In this document: positions 26,562-35,800 of the stretch, piece by piece
Numbering within the stretch: the stretch's first letter is position 1
Layout of the letters: every line of letters begins with the position of its first letter
Source: an uncultured bacterium
GTDB taxonomy: Bacteria > Oederibacteriota > JAAXVQ01 > JAUVAV01
Assembly: GCA_963710755.1 (NCBI GenBank)
Contig: CAVQBK010000003.1
Coordinates: 1,056,001-1,120,000 of the forward strand
Direction of reading: 5' to 3'
Length of the DNA: 64,000 nucleotides
Translations under genes and position numbers: made by a program
The notes under the pieces: model-generated
Seen by the model: the letters and a program-made list of their open reading frames with translations, nothing else
Databases searched by the model: none
What the model was told of the DNA's origin: nothing

Positions 26562-28994
26562 ATGCCAATTTTGTTTGAGAAGTTGAAAAAGAAAAGGAAA
26601 ACCCGGACCACACGCGAACCCCACCTAACCTTGAAGGAAATTTTTTCAGGCCGACGGCGCAATGAAATTAAAGGTATCGCCTGTTGGGCATTGAGCGTGC
26701 TTTTGATTGCAGCCTTTTGGCCTCACCAGGCCGATCAGAATCTGATTGGTCCCCTGGGCGAGATCATTTATCGTCTGGCATTTGCTCTGGTGGGGGTCAT
26801 GCTGTACCTTTTGCCGGCTGCTCTGGTTGCAGCTGGTTGGATGATTTTCCGGCAAAAGGAAATGGAGCATAAATCCTTTAAGGTGTTGGGTTGGGTGTTG
26901 GGATTTTTATCCCTCGGCATTTTAATCGAGTTAATTTATCCCCATGATATTGTTTTTAAGCAAGTGCCATCCTTTTATTATTGGCACGGAGCAGCAGCTT
27001 TTTGGAAGAAAATGCCGGCGTTGCTGCATCTTTGGACCACCGTGGCCTTGCCGGCCGGTGGCTTGGTGGCTGACAGTATGACCCGGGTGTTGCAATCCCT
27101 TTTTGCTACCGTGGGCACGACCATCATCAGCGGTGTGGTGTTGGTGTTGGCGCTTTATCTGCTGGAGTTGGAAACCTATGTGCTCCGTGGCCTTAGACGC
27201 TTTCGGGACCGCATGAGCGCGGCCCTGAGTCAGGCCAAGACCGCATCGCTCAAAGGGTTTGATTATGCCCGGCCTCCGGTCGCTGAGGTGAAGAAAAATG
27301 AAAAGCGGGGAACAGTAAAAAAAGCGCAGGTCCAGTCGCTTCCGGAAACACCCGAACCCCGTCCCAAAATAAAGATTAACGCCCTGCCCGGTCCGGGCAG
27401 CAGCAAAATCCCCGCCACTCTGCCGGAAACACCGGCACCCCAGGCTGTGACCGCCGCCCAACGGGAGGCCATGTCAGTGGCCACCGAGGACAAACCTTAT
27501 CAACTGCCGGGGCTGGAGCTGTTGGAAGACCCCCGGCCCAATCCTGCTTTGACTACCGCCTACTTTGAAAATATGAGCAACACTTTGGAACAGGCATTGG
27601 CTCAGTTCGGCGTGGCGGCCAAAGTGGTGGAAGTCTGTCCCGGGCCGGTGGTCACACGCTATGAATTGCAGCCTTCGCCGGGCGTGAAAATTAACCGGAT
27701 TATTTCCCTCAGCGATGATATTGCCTTGACCATGCGCGCTGCCCATGTGCGCATAGAGGCACCCATTCCCGGTAAGGGCGCCGTGGGTATTGAAGTGCCC
27801 AATCAGGAAAAACAAATTGTGGTCATCAAAGAACTGCTGGCCTCGCAAAAATGTCAGGACCAGCAGTCCTTGCTGACTTTTGCTGTGGGCAAAGACATTG
27901 GCGGAGAGCTGATCTTTGGCGAGCTTAATTCCATGCCCCACCTGTTGATAGCCGGAGCCACCGGGTCGGGCAAGAGCGCCTGTATGAACGGTATTATCAG
28001 CAGCATCCTGTACCGGGCCAAACCGGATCAAGTCAAATTGCTCATGATCGATCCCAAACGGGTGGAGCTGACGGTGTACAACGGCATTCCTCATCTGATC
28101 AGTCCGGTGATTACCGACAGCCGGGAAGCCGCCGGCGCGCTGAGATTGCTGGTACGCGAGATGGAAGAGCGCTACAAGCGTCTGGCGGAATTGGGCGTGC
28201 GCGACATCACCGGCTATAACCAAAAGGTGCAGGAAGAACAGGCGGCTTGGCAAACGCAGGACCAGCAAGGGGAAGAAGTCTCCCGGCCGGTGTTGAATTC
28301 CATGCCCTTTATTTTGATTTTTATTGATGAACTGGCTGACTTGATGATGGTGGCGGCCAACGAGGTGGAAAACACCTTAGCCCGCTTGGCCCAAATGGCT
28401 CGGGCCGTGGGCATTCATATGGTGCTGGCGACGCAACGGCCGTCGGTGGATGTGATCACAGGAGTAATCAAAGCCAATTTTCCTTCGCGGATTGCTTTTC
28501 AAGTTTCCTCGAAGGTGGATTCACGCACCATTCTCGACGCTAATGGTGCTGATGCTTTATTGGGCAAGGGAGATATGTTATATTCATTGGCGTCGTTAAA
28601 CAAGCCGCTGCGGGTACAAGGTGTGTTCATTACCACCAAGGAAGTGGAACGGGTGGTACGCTTTTGGAAAAAGCAAGGGCAGCCTGTCTTTGATGAATCT
28701 TTCTCTCAGGAAAAATTAAAAACCCTGGCTAATGGCAATGGTGGTGGCACCGGTCAGGGGGGTGAAGATGATTTGTACCAGCAAGCGGTAGCCTGGGTGG
28801 TTCGGGCCAAACAAGCCAGCACGTCCATGCTGCAAAGACGGTTAAAAATCGGCTATTCCCGTGCGGCCCGGCTGCTGGACCTGATGGAAGAAAACGGCAT
28901 TGTAGGACCGCCGGAGGGCAGCAAACCGAGAAAAGTTTTGGTGGAGGAAGATCAGGATATGACCTCCAATGCTTTGGAAGGACGGTCAATGTGA
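26562..28994 (+). CDS. ftsK: DNA translocase FtsK/SpoIIIE
   Basis: N-terminal TMs; GPVVTRYE, MPHLLIAGATGSGKS, MIDPKRVEL, ATQRPSVDVITG, gamma domain LQRRLKIGYSRAAR; start uncertain (26544-26562). Confidence 0.97.
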   Translation: MPILFEKLKKKRKTRTTREPHLTLKEIFSGRRRNEIKGIACWALSVLLIAAFWPHQADQNLIGPLGEIIYRLAFALVGVMLYLLPAALVAAGWMIFRQKEMEHKSFKVLGWVLGFLSLGILIELIYPHDIVFKQVPSFYYWHGAAAFWKKMPALLHLWTTVALPAGGLVADSMTRVLQSLFATVGTTIISGVVLVLALYLLELETYVLRGLRRFRDRMSAALSQAKTASLKGFDYARPPVAEVKKNEKRGTVKKAQVQSLPETPEPRPKIKINALPGPGSSKIPATLPETPAPQAVTAAQREAMSVATEDKPYQLPGLELLEDPRPNPALTTAYFENMSNTLEQALAQFGVAAKVVEVCPGPVVTRYELQPSPGVKINRIISLSDDIALTMRAAHVRIEAPIPGKGAVGIEVPNQEKQIVVIKELLASQKCQDQQSLLTFAVGKDIGGELIFGELNSMPHLLIAGATGSGKSACMNGIISSILYRAKPDQVKLLMIDPKRVELTVYNGIPHLISPVITDSREAAGALRLLVREMEERYKRLAELGVRDITGYNQKVQEEQAAWQTQDQQGEEVSRPVLNSMPFILIFIDELADLMMVAANEVENTLARLAQMARAVGIHMVLATQRPSVDVITGVIKANFPSRIAFQVSSKVDSRTILDANGADALLGKGDMLYSLASLNKPLRVQGVFITTKEVERVVRFWKKQGQPVFDESFSQEKLKTLANGNGGGTGQGGEDDLYQQAVAWVVRAKQASTSMLQRRLKIGYSRAARLLDLMEENGIVGPPEGSKPRKVLVEEDQDMTSNALEGRSM

Positions 28995-29740
28995 AAGCAC
29001 TATGCCTAGGTCTGGCGCTGGGCGCCTGGCTGCTTATGGGCGCAGGCCAACGGCCGCAAGTGGCCGCCACGGCTCGTCCGATAGCCACGCCAACGTTTAC
29101 AGCTACGGTCACACCTGCGGCGGTTGTTCCCGTCGAATTATCCGCAGCTGCTCGGGCCCTGACGCGGGCTCAGTCGCGCCTGCTCTTTATCCAGGCTGAT
29201 TTTAAAATGACGGTCGATGATGCTAAGACCGCCAAACCGTTTTTGAACGCTTCCGGAGAAGTGTGGTTGGCCAATGAGCGGCGTTACCGGGTGCAGTATC
29301 AAACACCGCAGCGGCAATTGTTGGTTTCCAATGGGCACCAGCGCTGGTTATATTTACAAGCCATAAATCAAGTTCAGCTGCAGGCGCTACCGCCACAGGG
29401 TAATCCTACGGAGTTTTTTCTTGAACTCGGCGGCGGTCTTGCGCGCTTGGTAAAGCACGCCCGGGTCACCCGCCGGCAAGAGGGCAATCTGGAAGTCTAT
29501 ACGCTAATCCCCGAATCAGGCCAGGACAGCCTATATAAAAAAGCCGTGCTCTGGACCAAAGGAAAAAACAGCCTGCCGGTCAAGCTGATGGTGTTGGCCG
29601 AGCGGCGGGTGCAAGTGAGCTTTGAGCTCAAGCAAGTCAAATTAGCGGGGGAAAATCTGACAGCTTCGGAAAAAGCACTGTTTCAATTTCAGATCCCCAA
29701 AGATGCGGAAGTGATTGAAATGCTTGCGCCTATGCCCTAG
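28991..29740 (+). CDS. lolA: LolA-like periplasmic lipoprotein carrier
   Basis: Signal peptide; QADF..SGEVWL..RVQYQTPQRQLLVSNG..WLY; F.FQIPKDAEVI; canonical position after ftsK. Confidence 0.75.
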   Translation: MKALCLGLALGAWLLMGAGQRPQVAATARPIATPTFTATVTPAAVVPVELSAAARALTRAQSRLLFIQADFKMTVDDAKTAKPFLNASGEVWLANERRYRVQYQTPQRQLLVSNGHQRWLYLQAINQVQLQALPPQGNPTEFFLELGGGLARLVKHARVTRRQEGNLEVYTLIPESGQDSLYKKAVLWTKGKNSLPVKLMVLAERRVQVSFELKQVKLAGENLTASEKALFQFQIPKDAEVIEMLAPMP

Positions 29741-29961
29741 GAGGCTGAGCAATTAGTTGCTCCAACTCAAGAGCAATTGAAAATCAATAATAGAAAGTAG
29801 AAAACCACACCAGTGCGGGCGATTTGTGTATTTTAGACTGCTTGTTGAGACACCTTGTTGCACAGGGCTATACAAAGGTTCCGGTTAAACGACAAGCAAA
29901 TTGGTCTGAACCAATATCATATTAATGAAATGGTCAATCTCCTGGAGGAGGATAAAGACAA

Positions 29962-30756
29962 ATGAGCGAAATCAAAAGAACAGAAGTAGAAGAACAAGCC
30001 CAAGGAGCGGAATTAGGGCTGGGCGAACAACTCAGAGCCCAGCGCAAGGCGCGGGGCATCTCTTTGGTGGAAGTCACGGAGCATACCAAGATCGGCAAAA
30101 AGTATTTGGAAGCCCTGGAAGATGAGCGGTTTGATTTTTTGCCGTCACCAGCTTATATTAAAGGCTTTCTGCGTGCCTATGCCAAGTATTTGGAACTTGA
30201 TGATGAAAAGATGATCCGTCAGTACAAAACCAGGTTCCGCAATCCGGAAGGAGAAAAAGAGGATCAACCTGGCGAAGAGCAGGAAAAGCAAAACAACCAG
30301 TCTATTTGGATTCCGCTGTTGTCCATGATCATTCTGGCGGGCTTGGGGGCAGGCGTGTTTTTATTGTGGCCATCAGAAGAGCCGCAGGATCAGGAAGTGG
30401 TGCAGGAAGCGATTCTTCCATCGGCGGTCAATGAAGGTACCGAGGCAGCGGTACCGGGTGTACCCGGCGCCAATGATATGTTGACCTTGAAGATACGGGC
30501 CAAGGAACGTACCTGGATTACCTTGATGATCGATGGCAAGCAGGAACCGGATATCACGCTGGCAGCCAACGAAGAGCGGCAATGGCGGGCCAAAGACCGA
30601 TTCGTGCTTTGGACCGGCAATGCCGGGGGTATCGAGGTTTATTTTAACGGTGTGCTGCAACCGGCCCTGGGCAGGACTGGGGAAGTACGCAAGGAAATCA
30701 TTTTTGAACGTAAAAATCCGTTGGTCAATAACGAGAACGTCCCCACCGAACCTTAG
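29962..30756 (+). CDS. rodZ: RodZ-like protein (HTH, TM, DUF4115)
   Basis: LGEQLRAQR..GISL..TKI..YLEALE..YIKGFLRAYAKYL; TM; TWITLMIDG..GNAGGIEVYFNG. Confidence 0.88.
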   Translation: MSEIKRTEVEEQAQGAELGLGEQLRAQRKARGISLVEVTEHTKIGKKYLEALEDERFDFLPSPAYIKGFLRAYAKYLELDDEKMIRQYKTRFRNPEGEKEDQPGEEQEKQNNQSIWIPLLSMIILAGLGAGVFLLWPSEEPQDQEVVQEAILPSAVNEGTEAAVPGVPGANDMLTLKIRAKERTWITLMIDGKQEPDITLAANEERQWRAKDRFVLWTGNAGGIEVYFNGVLQPALGRTGEVRKEIIFERKNPLVNNENVPTEP

Positions 30757-30791
30757 GGTCATGTCTCACACATAAGGTGAATATCTTGGTG

Positions 30792-31058
30792 GTCATCCCG
30801 TTAGGATGCCAAACGGGATCCAGAGGACTTTGTGGAATTTTAAATCTAAATCGACCAAGTTGGAACAAAAGTTTTGTCTAGCGCAAAGCCGCAGAGTTAA
30901 GGATCTTATCAATATGTTTATTCTTTCTTTGTGCCTTGGTCTGCTGCTTGTGTCCGGTGCGAATAGGCGTGATTTAATTATCTACATTAAATGCGTTTAG
31001 TCTGGAATCACAGAAATAAAAGGCCGCTGGATTCCGGCTGGAATCGTGTCGGAATGAC
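30792..31058. mobile_element. REPIN/MITE-like element bounded by 32-bp GTCAT...ATCCAG inverted repeats
   Basis: GTCATCCCGTTAGGATGCCAAACGGGATCCAG (30792-30823) and reverse complement of 31027-31058 GTCATTCCGACACGATTCCAGCCGGAATCCAG match 24/32; each forms a hairpin. Confidence 0.6.
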
Positions 31059-31131
31059 GAACATCGTCTTTCAAAATTATTTATATGATACCACAGTGGA
31101 ACAATTTACCCGGAAGACTAGGAGGCTTAAA

Positions 31132-31629
31132 ATGGCTCAAGACCATTCTTTTGATATTGTCTGCCAATTGGACAAACAGGAAATAATCAACGCAATTCAG
31201 CAAACGGAACGGGAAGTCGGCCAGCGCTATGATTTTAAAGGGGCTCAGGTGAAAATGGATTTTGATGCCAAAGCCATGACCCTGACGCTGAGTGCTGAAA
31301 GTGATTTCAGACTGAAAGCCTTGGTGGAAGTTCTGGATGGACGGCTCAGTAAACGGCAAATACCTTTGGCTGCCATCAAGAAGGATAAAATCGAAACCTC
31401 TTCCAGCGGTCATGCCCGACAATTGGTGCATTTGCAAAGCGGTATTCCCGGTGATAAGGCCAAAGAGATAGTCAAACGGATCAAGGACACTAAATTAAAA
31501 GTACAGGCCGCTATCCAAGGGGATCAGGTGAGGGTGACGGGCAAAGTCCTGGACGACTTGCAGACTATCCAGAAAATGATCAAGGATGCCAACCTGGATT
31601 TTCATGTTCAATTTACCAATTACCGGTGA
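31132..31629 (+). CDS. yajQ: YajQ family nucleotide/c-di-GMP-binding protein
   Basis: SFDIV, RYDFKG, KLKVQAAIQGDQVRVTGK..DDLQ, QFTNYR; GGAGG RBS. Confidence 0.95.
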   Translation: MAQDHSFDIVCQLDKQEIINAIQQTEREVGQRYDFKGAQVKMDFDAKAMTLTLSAESDFRLKALVEVLDGRLSKRQIPLAAIKKDKIETSSSGHARQLVHLQSGIPGDKAKEIVKRIKDTKLKVQAAIQGDQVRVTGKVLDDLQTIQKMIKDANLDFHVQFTNYR

Positions 31630-32984
31630 GTGGGATCGCGGTTATGCCTTCCTCCAAGCCGGCACGCCGGTTCCAACCCCGGCCTCCCATCACGGTGGCG
31701 GCCATCTCTCTGGGCTGTCCTAAAAATCAAGTGGATACGGAAAATCTGCTGGCCGTTTTAGGCCGCCATGGGCTGAAGTTTGTTGACGATGCCGACGGGG
31801 CCGACTGGCTGGTGGTCAATACCTGCGCCTTTATCCGTTCTGCGGAAGAAGAAACGGTCGAGGCCTTGATACAAGCTGCGGCACTCAAGCGCAAGCAGGG
31901 CGTCCAGCGCTTGATTGTGATTGGGTGCCTGGTCAAGAAACACGGGGAAGGGCAACTGCAGCGGCTCATTCCGGAAATTGATCTGGCGTTGCCGCCACAA
32001 GCTTTGCATGAGCTGGAGACCCGGATACAACCGTGGCTGCCCCGACATCAGCTTTCCAGGCTAGGGTCTCGTCAAGTCCGGCCGGTGCTCTCAGGACCGG
32101 GGACAGCTTATTTGAAGGTGGCCGAAGGGTGTTCGCGGCGCTGCGCCTTTTGTCTTATACCGCAATTGCGAGGCCCCTTGCATTCGCTTGCCATGGATGC
32201 TATTGTGGAAGAGGCGCAACACTTGGTCAGGGCGGGAGCAAGAGAATTGGTGCTGGTGGCTCAGGATACCACCAGTTATGGCCAGGATCTTGACCGTCAC
32301 AGCACCTTGCCCCATCTCATTGATCGCTTGGTAAAGATTCGGGGCCTGGAATGGCTGCGGCTCATGTATCTTAATCCTGACAGTATTAGCGAAGCGCTGC
32401 TGCAGCGCTTCGTACACGAATCCAAAGTGGTGCCCTATATCGATATGCCCATTCAACATGCCCGGCGCCATCTGCTGCGGCGTATGCGGCGCAACGGAAG
32501 CAGCGGGCAGTGGCTGGACCTGATCACCAGGATCAGGCGGCTGTTGCCCGAGGTCAGTCTGCGTACCACAGTGCTCACCGGATTTCCCGGGGAGACGGAA
32601 ACGGACCATCAGGCACTGAAAATCTTTTTGCAAAAAGCCCGCTTTGATCGCTTGGGTGTGTTTACCTACTCCAAAGAAGCCGGCACGGCCGCCGCCAACA
32701 TGACGCCACAAGTTCATCCTGCCACCAAATTAAGAAGACAGCGTGAGATCATGTTGTTGCAGGAACCCATCAGCCAGGTGCAACTGCACCATCGCCTGGG
32801 ACGGAGTGTGCGCTGTTTGGTGGAGGAAGCTTCCGGCCGCCGGCATGTGCTGGCACGGACACCCTGGGATGCGCCTGAAATTGACGGCGCCATTATATTG
32901 CGAGGTCAGGCCCAACCGGGCAGCATGGTGACCGCTGAGGTCACCGGCGCCACCATTCATGATCTGGAAGGAATTATCCTGTGA
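31626..32984 (+). CDS. rimO: Ribosomal protein uS12 methylthiotransferase
   Basis: SLGCPKNQVD, VNTCAFI, AYLKVAEGCSRRCAFCLIP, APEIDG, TRAM domain. Confidence 0.95.
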   Translation: MSGIAVMPSSKPARRFQPRPPITVAAISLGCPKNQVDTENLLAVLGRHGLKFVDDADGADWLVVNTCAFIRSAEEETVEALIQAAALKRKQGVQRLIVIGCLVKKHGEGQLQRLIPEIDLALPPQALHELETRIQPWLPRHQLSRLGSRQVRPVLSGPGTAYLKVAEGCSRRCAFCLIPQLRGPLHSLAMDAIVEEAQHLVRAGARELVLVAQDTTSYGQDLDRHSTLPHLIDRLVKIRGLEWLRLMYLNPDSISEALLQRFVHESKVVPYIDMPIQHARRHLLRRMRRNGSSGQWLDLITRIRRLLPEVSLRTTVLTGFPGETETDHQALKIFLQKARFDRLGVFTYSKEAGTAAANMTPQVHPATKLRRQREIMLLQEPISQVQLHHRLGRSVRCLVEEASGRRHVLARTPWDAPEIDGAIILRGQAQPGSMVTAEVTGATIHDLEGIIL

Positions 32985-33616
32985 GTTGGATCAAAACCAT
33001 CAGCCATTTGAATCTGCCCAATAAACTGACCTTGAGCAGGATTGCAGCCGCGCCCCTGCTCATGGTATGCTTGCTTTCGGAGACGCTGATCGGGCAATAC
33101 CTAAGTCTGATTATCTTTATCGCCGCGGCCATAACCGATTATTGGGACGGCCGTCTGGCACGGGAACGTCAGCTGGTCACTAATTTTGGAAAAATCATGG
33201 ATCCTTTGGCGGATAAGTTGCTGGTCACCACGGCATTTGTGTCCTTTGTTCAAATGGATTATGCTCCGGCCTGGATGGTCATCCTGATCATTGGCCGTGA
33301 ATTTGCAATCACCGGGTTGCGCGTACTGGCCGCAGCCCAGGGCAAAGTGATAGCTGCCTCCGCTGCCGGTAAACACAAAACCATTTCTCAGATTGTCACT
33401 ATCATTTTAATTCTCAGCGTCAACGCAGTGGTGGTTTCGTTAAAGGCCTGGGTGCCGCCCTGGCAGGAGACGTTGCGTCATCTCGGCCCCTTTGGCACAA
33501 GCCTTCTCTTCGTGGCTGATCATGTCCCCTATTGGTCCATGTTTATCGTGGCCCTGCTTTCCCTCTATTCCGGGTTGGATTACCTGGCAAAAAATAAGGA
33601 GCTTTTTCGGGAATGA
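32981..33616 (+). CDS. pgsA: CDP-diacylglycerol--glycerol-3-phosphate 3-phosphatidyltransferase
   Basis: NLPNKLTLSR, TDYWDGRLAR..VTNFGKIMDPLADK, REFAITGLR. Confidence 0.95.
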   Translation: MSWIKTISHLNLPNKLTLSRIAAAPLLMVCLLSETLIGQYLSLIIFIAAAITDYWDGRLARERQLVTNFGKIMDPLADKLLVTTAFVSFVQMDYAPAWMVILIIGREFAITGLRVLAAAQGKVIAASAAGKHKTISQIVTIILILSVNAVVVSLKAWVPPWQETLRHLGPFGTSLLFVADHVPYWSMFIVALLSLYSGLDYLAKNKELFRE

Positions 33617-34071
33617 TGATGAAACGTTATCTGATATTGGCTTTGGCAACCTGCGGCGGGGTTGGTTTTTTCCCCTGGGCCTCAGGCACCCTGGCCTCCC
33701 TGGTGGCTATGGGGCCTTATTATCTTTTGCAACCCCATCCTTTGGCCTATGCTGTGACCACCGTGGCGGTGATCTTGGTCGGCCTGGCGGTTTCCGGTAT
33801 TGCGGAGGATGTTTTGCAGCAAAAAGATCCACACCCCGTGGTGATTGATGAAGTGGCGGGCTACCTGATTGCTGCAGCCTATCTTCCGGCCCACTGGATC
33901 TATCCGGTGGCTGCATTTTTTCTCTTCCGTCTCTTTGATGTCTGGAAACCTTCTCTGATTGGCCGGTCGCAAAATCTGCCTCGAGGCTGGGGCATCATGA
34001 TGGACGACATCCTGGCCGGCCTATTAACCAATTTAATCCTGCAGGCGCTGCGTTGGCTGTTGCCCTTTTGA
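33613..34071 (+). CDS. pgpA: Phosphatidylglycerophosphatase A
   Basis: ASGT, DP..VVIDEVAG, FRLFDVWKP, GWGIMMDDILAG. Confidence 0.93.
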   Translation: MMMKRYLILALATCGGVGFFPWASGTLASLVAMGPYYLLQPHPLAYAVTTVAVILVGLAVSGIAEDVLQQKDPHPVVIDEVAGYLIAAAYLPAHWIYPVAAFFLFRLFDVWKPSLIGRSQNLPRGWGIMMDDILAGLLTNLILQALRWLLPF

Positions 34072-34152
34072 ACCGGCTATATGTTTCCAGACGCTGCGAT
34101 TTTTTTAGCAGCCAGTAGGTCTCTAACTCACACCTTTAAAATGGAGGTGCCC

Positions 34153-35553
34153 ATGGCACGAACCAAAATGATTTTTACACTGGGCCCGGCGAGTGATGCA
34201 CCGGGCATGATGAAGGCTTTGATTGAAGCAGGCATGGATTGCGCCCGGCTGAATTTTTCTCACGGCGACCATGCGGAACATGCCCGGCGTCTCCAACGCC
34301 TGCGGGCTGTAAGTAAACGGTTAAATCAACCCGTAGCCAGTTTGTTGGATTTGACCGGACCTAAATTGAGGGTGGGACACTTCGAGCAAGGCCATATTGC
34401 ACTTAAACCCAAAGAAGAAATCCTGCTGACACCGCGGGCCGTGGTGGGCAAGCCGGGCTTAATCCCCATCAGTTACGCCCATCTGGCCAAGGATGTTAAC
34501 GCCGGCGATGTCATTTTGCTGGATGACGGTCTGTTGCAGGTGAAGGTTTTGCGCACGGTCGGCCAAGACATCCATGCCAAGGTGCAGGTGGGGGGCGACC
34601 TTAAGGATCATAAGGGTCTTAATTTGCCGGGGGTGGCCCTTTCCATTCCCGCCCTCACCTCCAAGGATTTGGACGATTTGCATTTTGGCCTGAAACTGGG
34701 GGTTGACCTGGTAGCCCTGTCGTTCGTCCGGGCAGCCAAAGAAATTGTGAAACTGAAAAAAATTATTGCACAACAGGGTTCACGGGCCCTGGTCATTGCC
34801 AAGATCGAAAAACCGGAAGCTATTCCCGCTTTGGAAGAAATAATTCAAGCCGCCGATGGTGTTATGGTGGCCAGGGGAGACCTGGGCGTGGAGATGCATC
34901 TGGAGAAGGTTCCCACCTTGCAAAAGAAAATCATTACCCTGGCCAATCGTTATGGCCGGGTGGTAATTACAGCCACGCAAATGTTGCAAACCATGATGGA
35001 CAATCCCACGCCTACCAGGGCGGAGGCGTCTGATGTCGCCAACGCCATTTTTGACGGCACGGATGCGGTCATGCTTTCCGGTGAGACCGCAGCCGGTCAT
35101 TACCCCAAACAGGCGGCCCGGATGATGGAGCGGATCCTCATAGAAGCGGAACAAGCGCCGCAATATAACCGCCTGACAGCCGCCGTGGACCTGGATACGC
35201 CGGAAGATGCTGTGGTGGCATCAGCCGTGGAACTGGCGGAAAAAGTTCACGCCCATGCCATGGTCATTTTCACGACCAGTGGCTATACAGCCAAGTTGGT
35301 TTCCCGTCAGCGGCCGCAAGTGCCGGTGTTGGTACTGGCCCACGATGCTATGGTGCAACGGCAATTAAGCCTGTGGTGGGGCCTGGATTGTCTGCTGAGC
35401 CGCAAACAACCGGCTTTGGAGGCCGTGGTCAAGGCGGCGGAAAAATTATTGTTACAGAAGAAAAGAATCAAGGCCGGGCAAACTATTGTCATTGTGACTA
35501 GCTCCCTGGGGGATACTAAACCCAATTTTATTAAAGTTCATACTGTAGGGTAA
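34153..35553 (+). CDS. pyk: Pyruvate kinase
   Basis: RTKMIFTLGPAS, RLNFSHG, AKIEK, MVARGDLGVE, TATQML, DGTDAVMLSGETA; GGAGG RBS. Confidence 0.97.
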   Translation: MARTKMIFTLGPASDAPGMMKALIEAGMDCARLNFSHGDHAEHARRLQRLRAVSKRLNQPVASLLDLTGPKLRVGHFEQGHIALKPKEEILLTPRAVVGKPGLIPISYAHLAKDVNAGDVILLDDGLLQVKVLRTVGQDIHAKVQVGGDLKDHKGLNLPGVALSIPALTSKDLDDLHFGLKLGVDLVALSFVRAAKEIVKLKKIIAQQGSRALVIAKIEKPEAIPALEEIIQAADGVMVARGDLGVEMHLEKVPTLQKKIITLANRYGRVVITATQMLQTMMDNPTPTRAEASDVANAIFDGTDAVMLSGETAAGHYPKQAARMMERILIEAEQAPQYNRLTAAVDLDTPEDAVVASAVELAEKVHAHAMVIFTTSGYTAKLVSRQRPQVPVLVLAHDAMVQRQLSLWWGLDCLLSRKQPALEAVVKAAEKLLLQKKRIKAGQTIVIVTSSLGDTKPNFIKVHTVG

Positions 35554-35583
35554 GATCAAAAAAAATGTCGCGCCCGGTTGTAT

Positions 35584-35610
35584 TCAGACCGTTTCCTGGA
35601 GACGGTCTGA
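35584..35610. terminator. Hairpin after pyk, possible terminator
   Basis: TCAGACCGTTTC-CTG-GAGACGGTCTGA; no U-tract. Confidence 0.4.
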
Positions 35611-35800
35611 TAAATTAGTCGTTGATCCGGCTATGGATATACAGTAAAATAAAGCGTTTTATTGTGTGTCCCACCACTTCCAACGGGTGTTAAACCATAA
35701 CCAAGACGTTATTGGGTTAATCATGCAGGTTAACAGACAACGCCATAGATTGCCTCATGTTGTTGGTGCTGCATCCCTATATTCTAAGGCAGGTGATTCC

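Noticed and set aside
29900-29915. ATTGGT-CTGA-ACCAAT palindrome upstream of rodZ as a GntR/FadR operator
   Set aside because: Spacing is off by one, it is a single short instance, and no regulator is nearby
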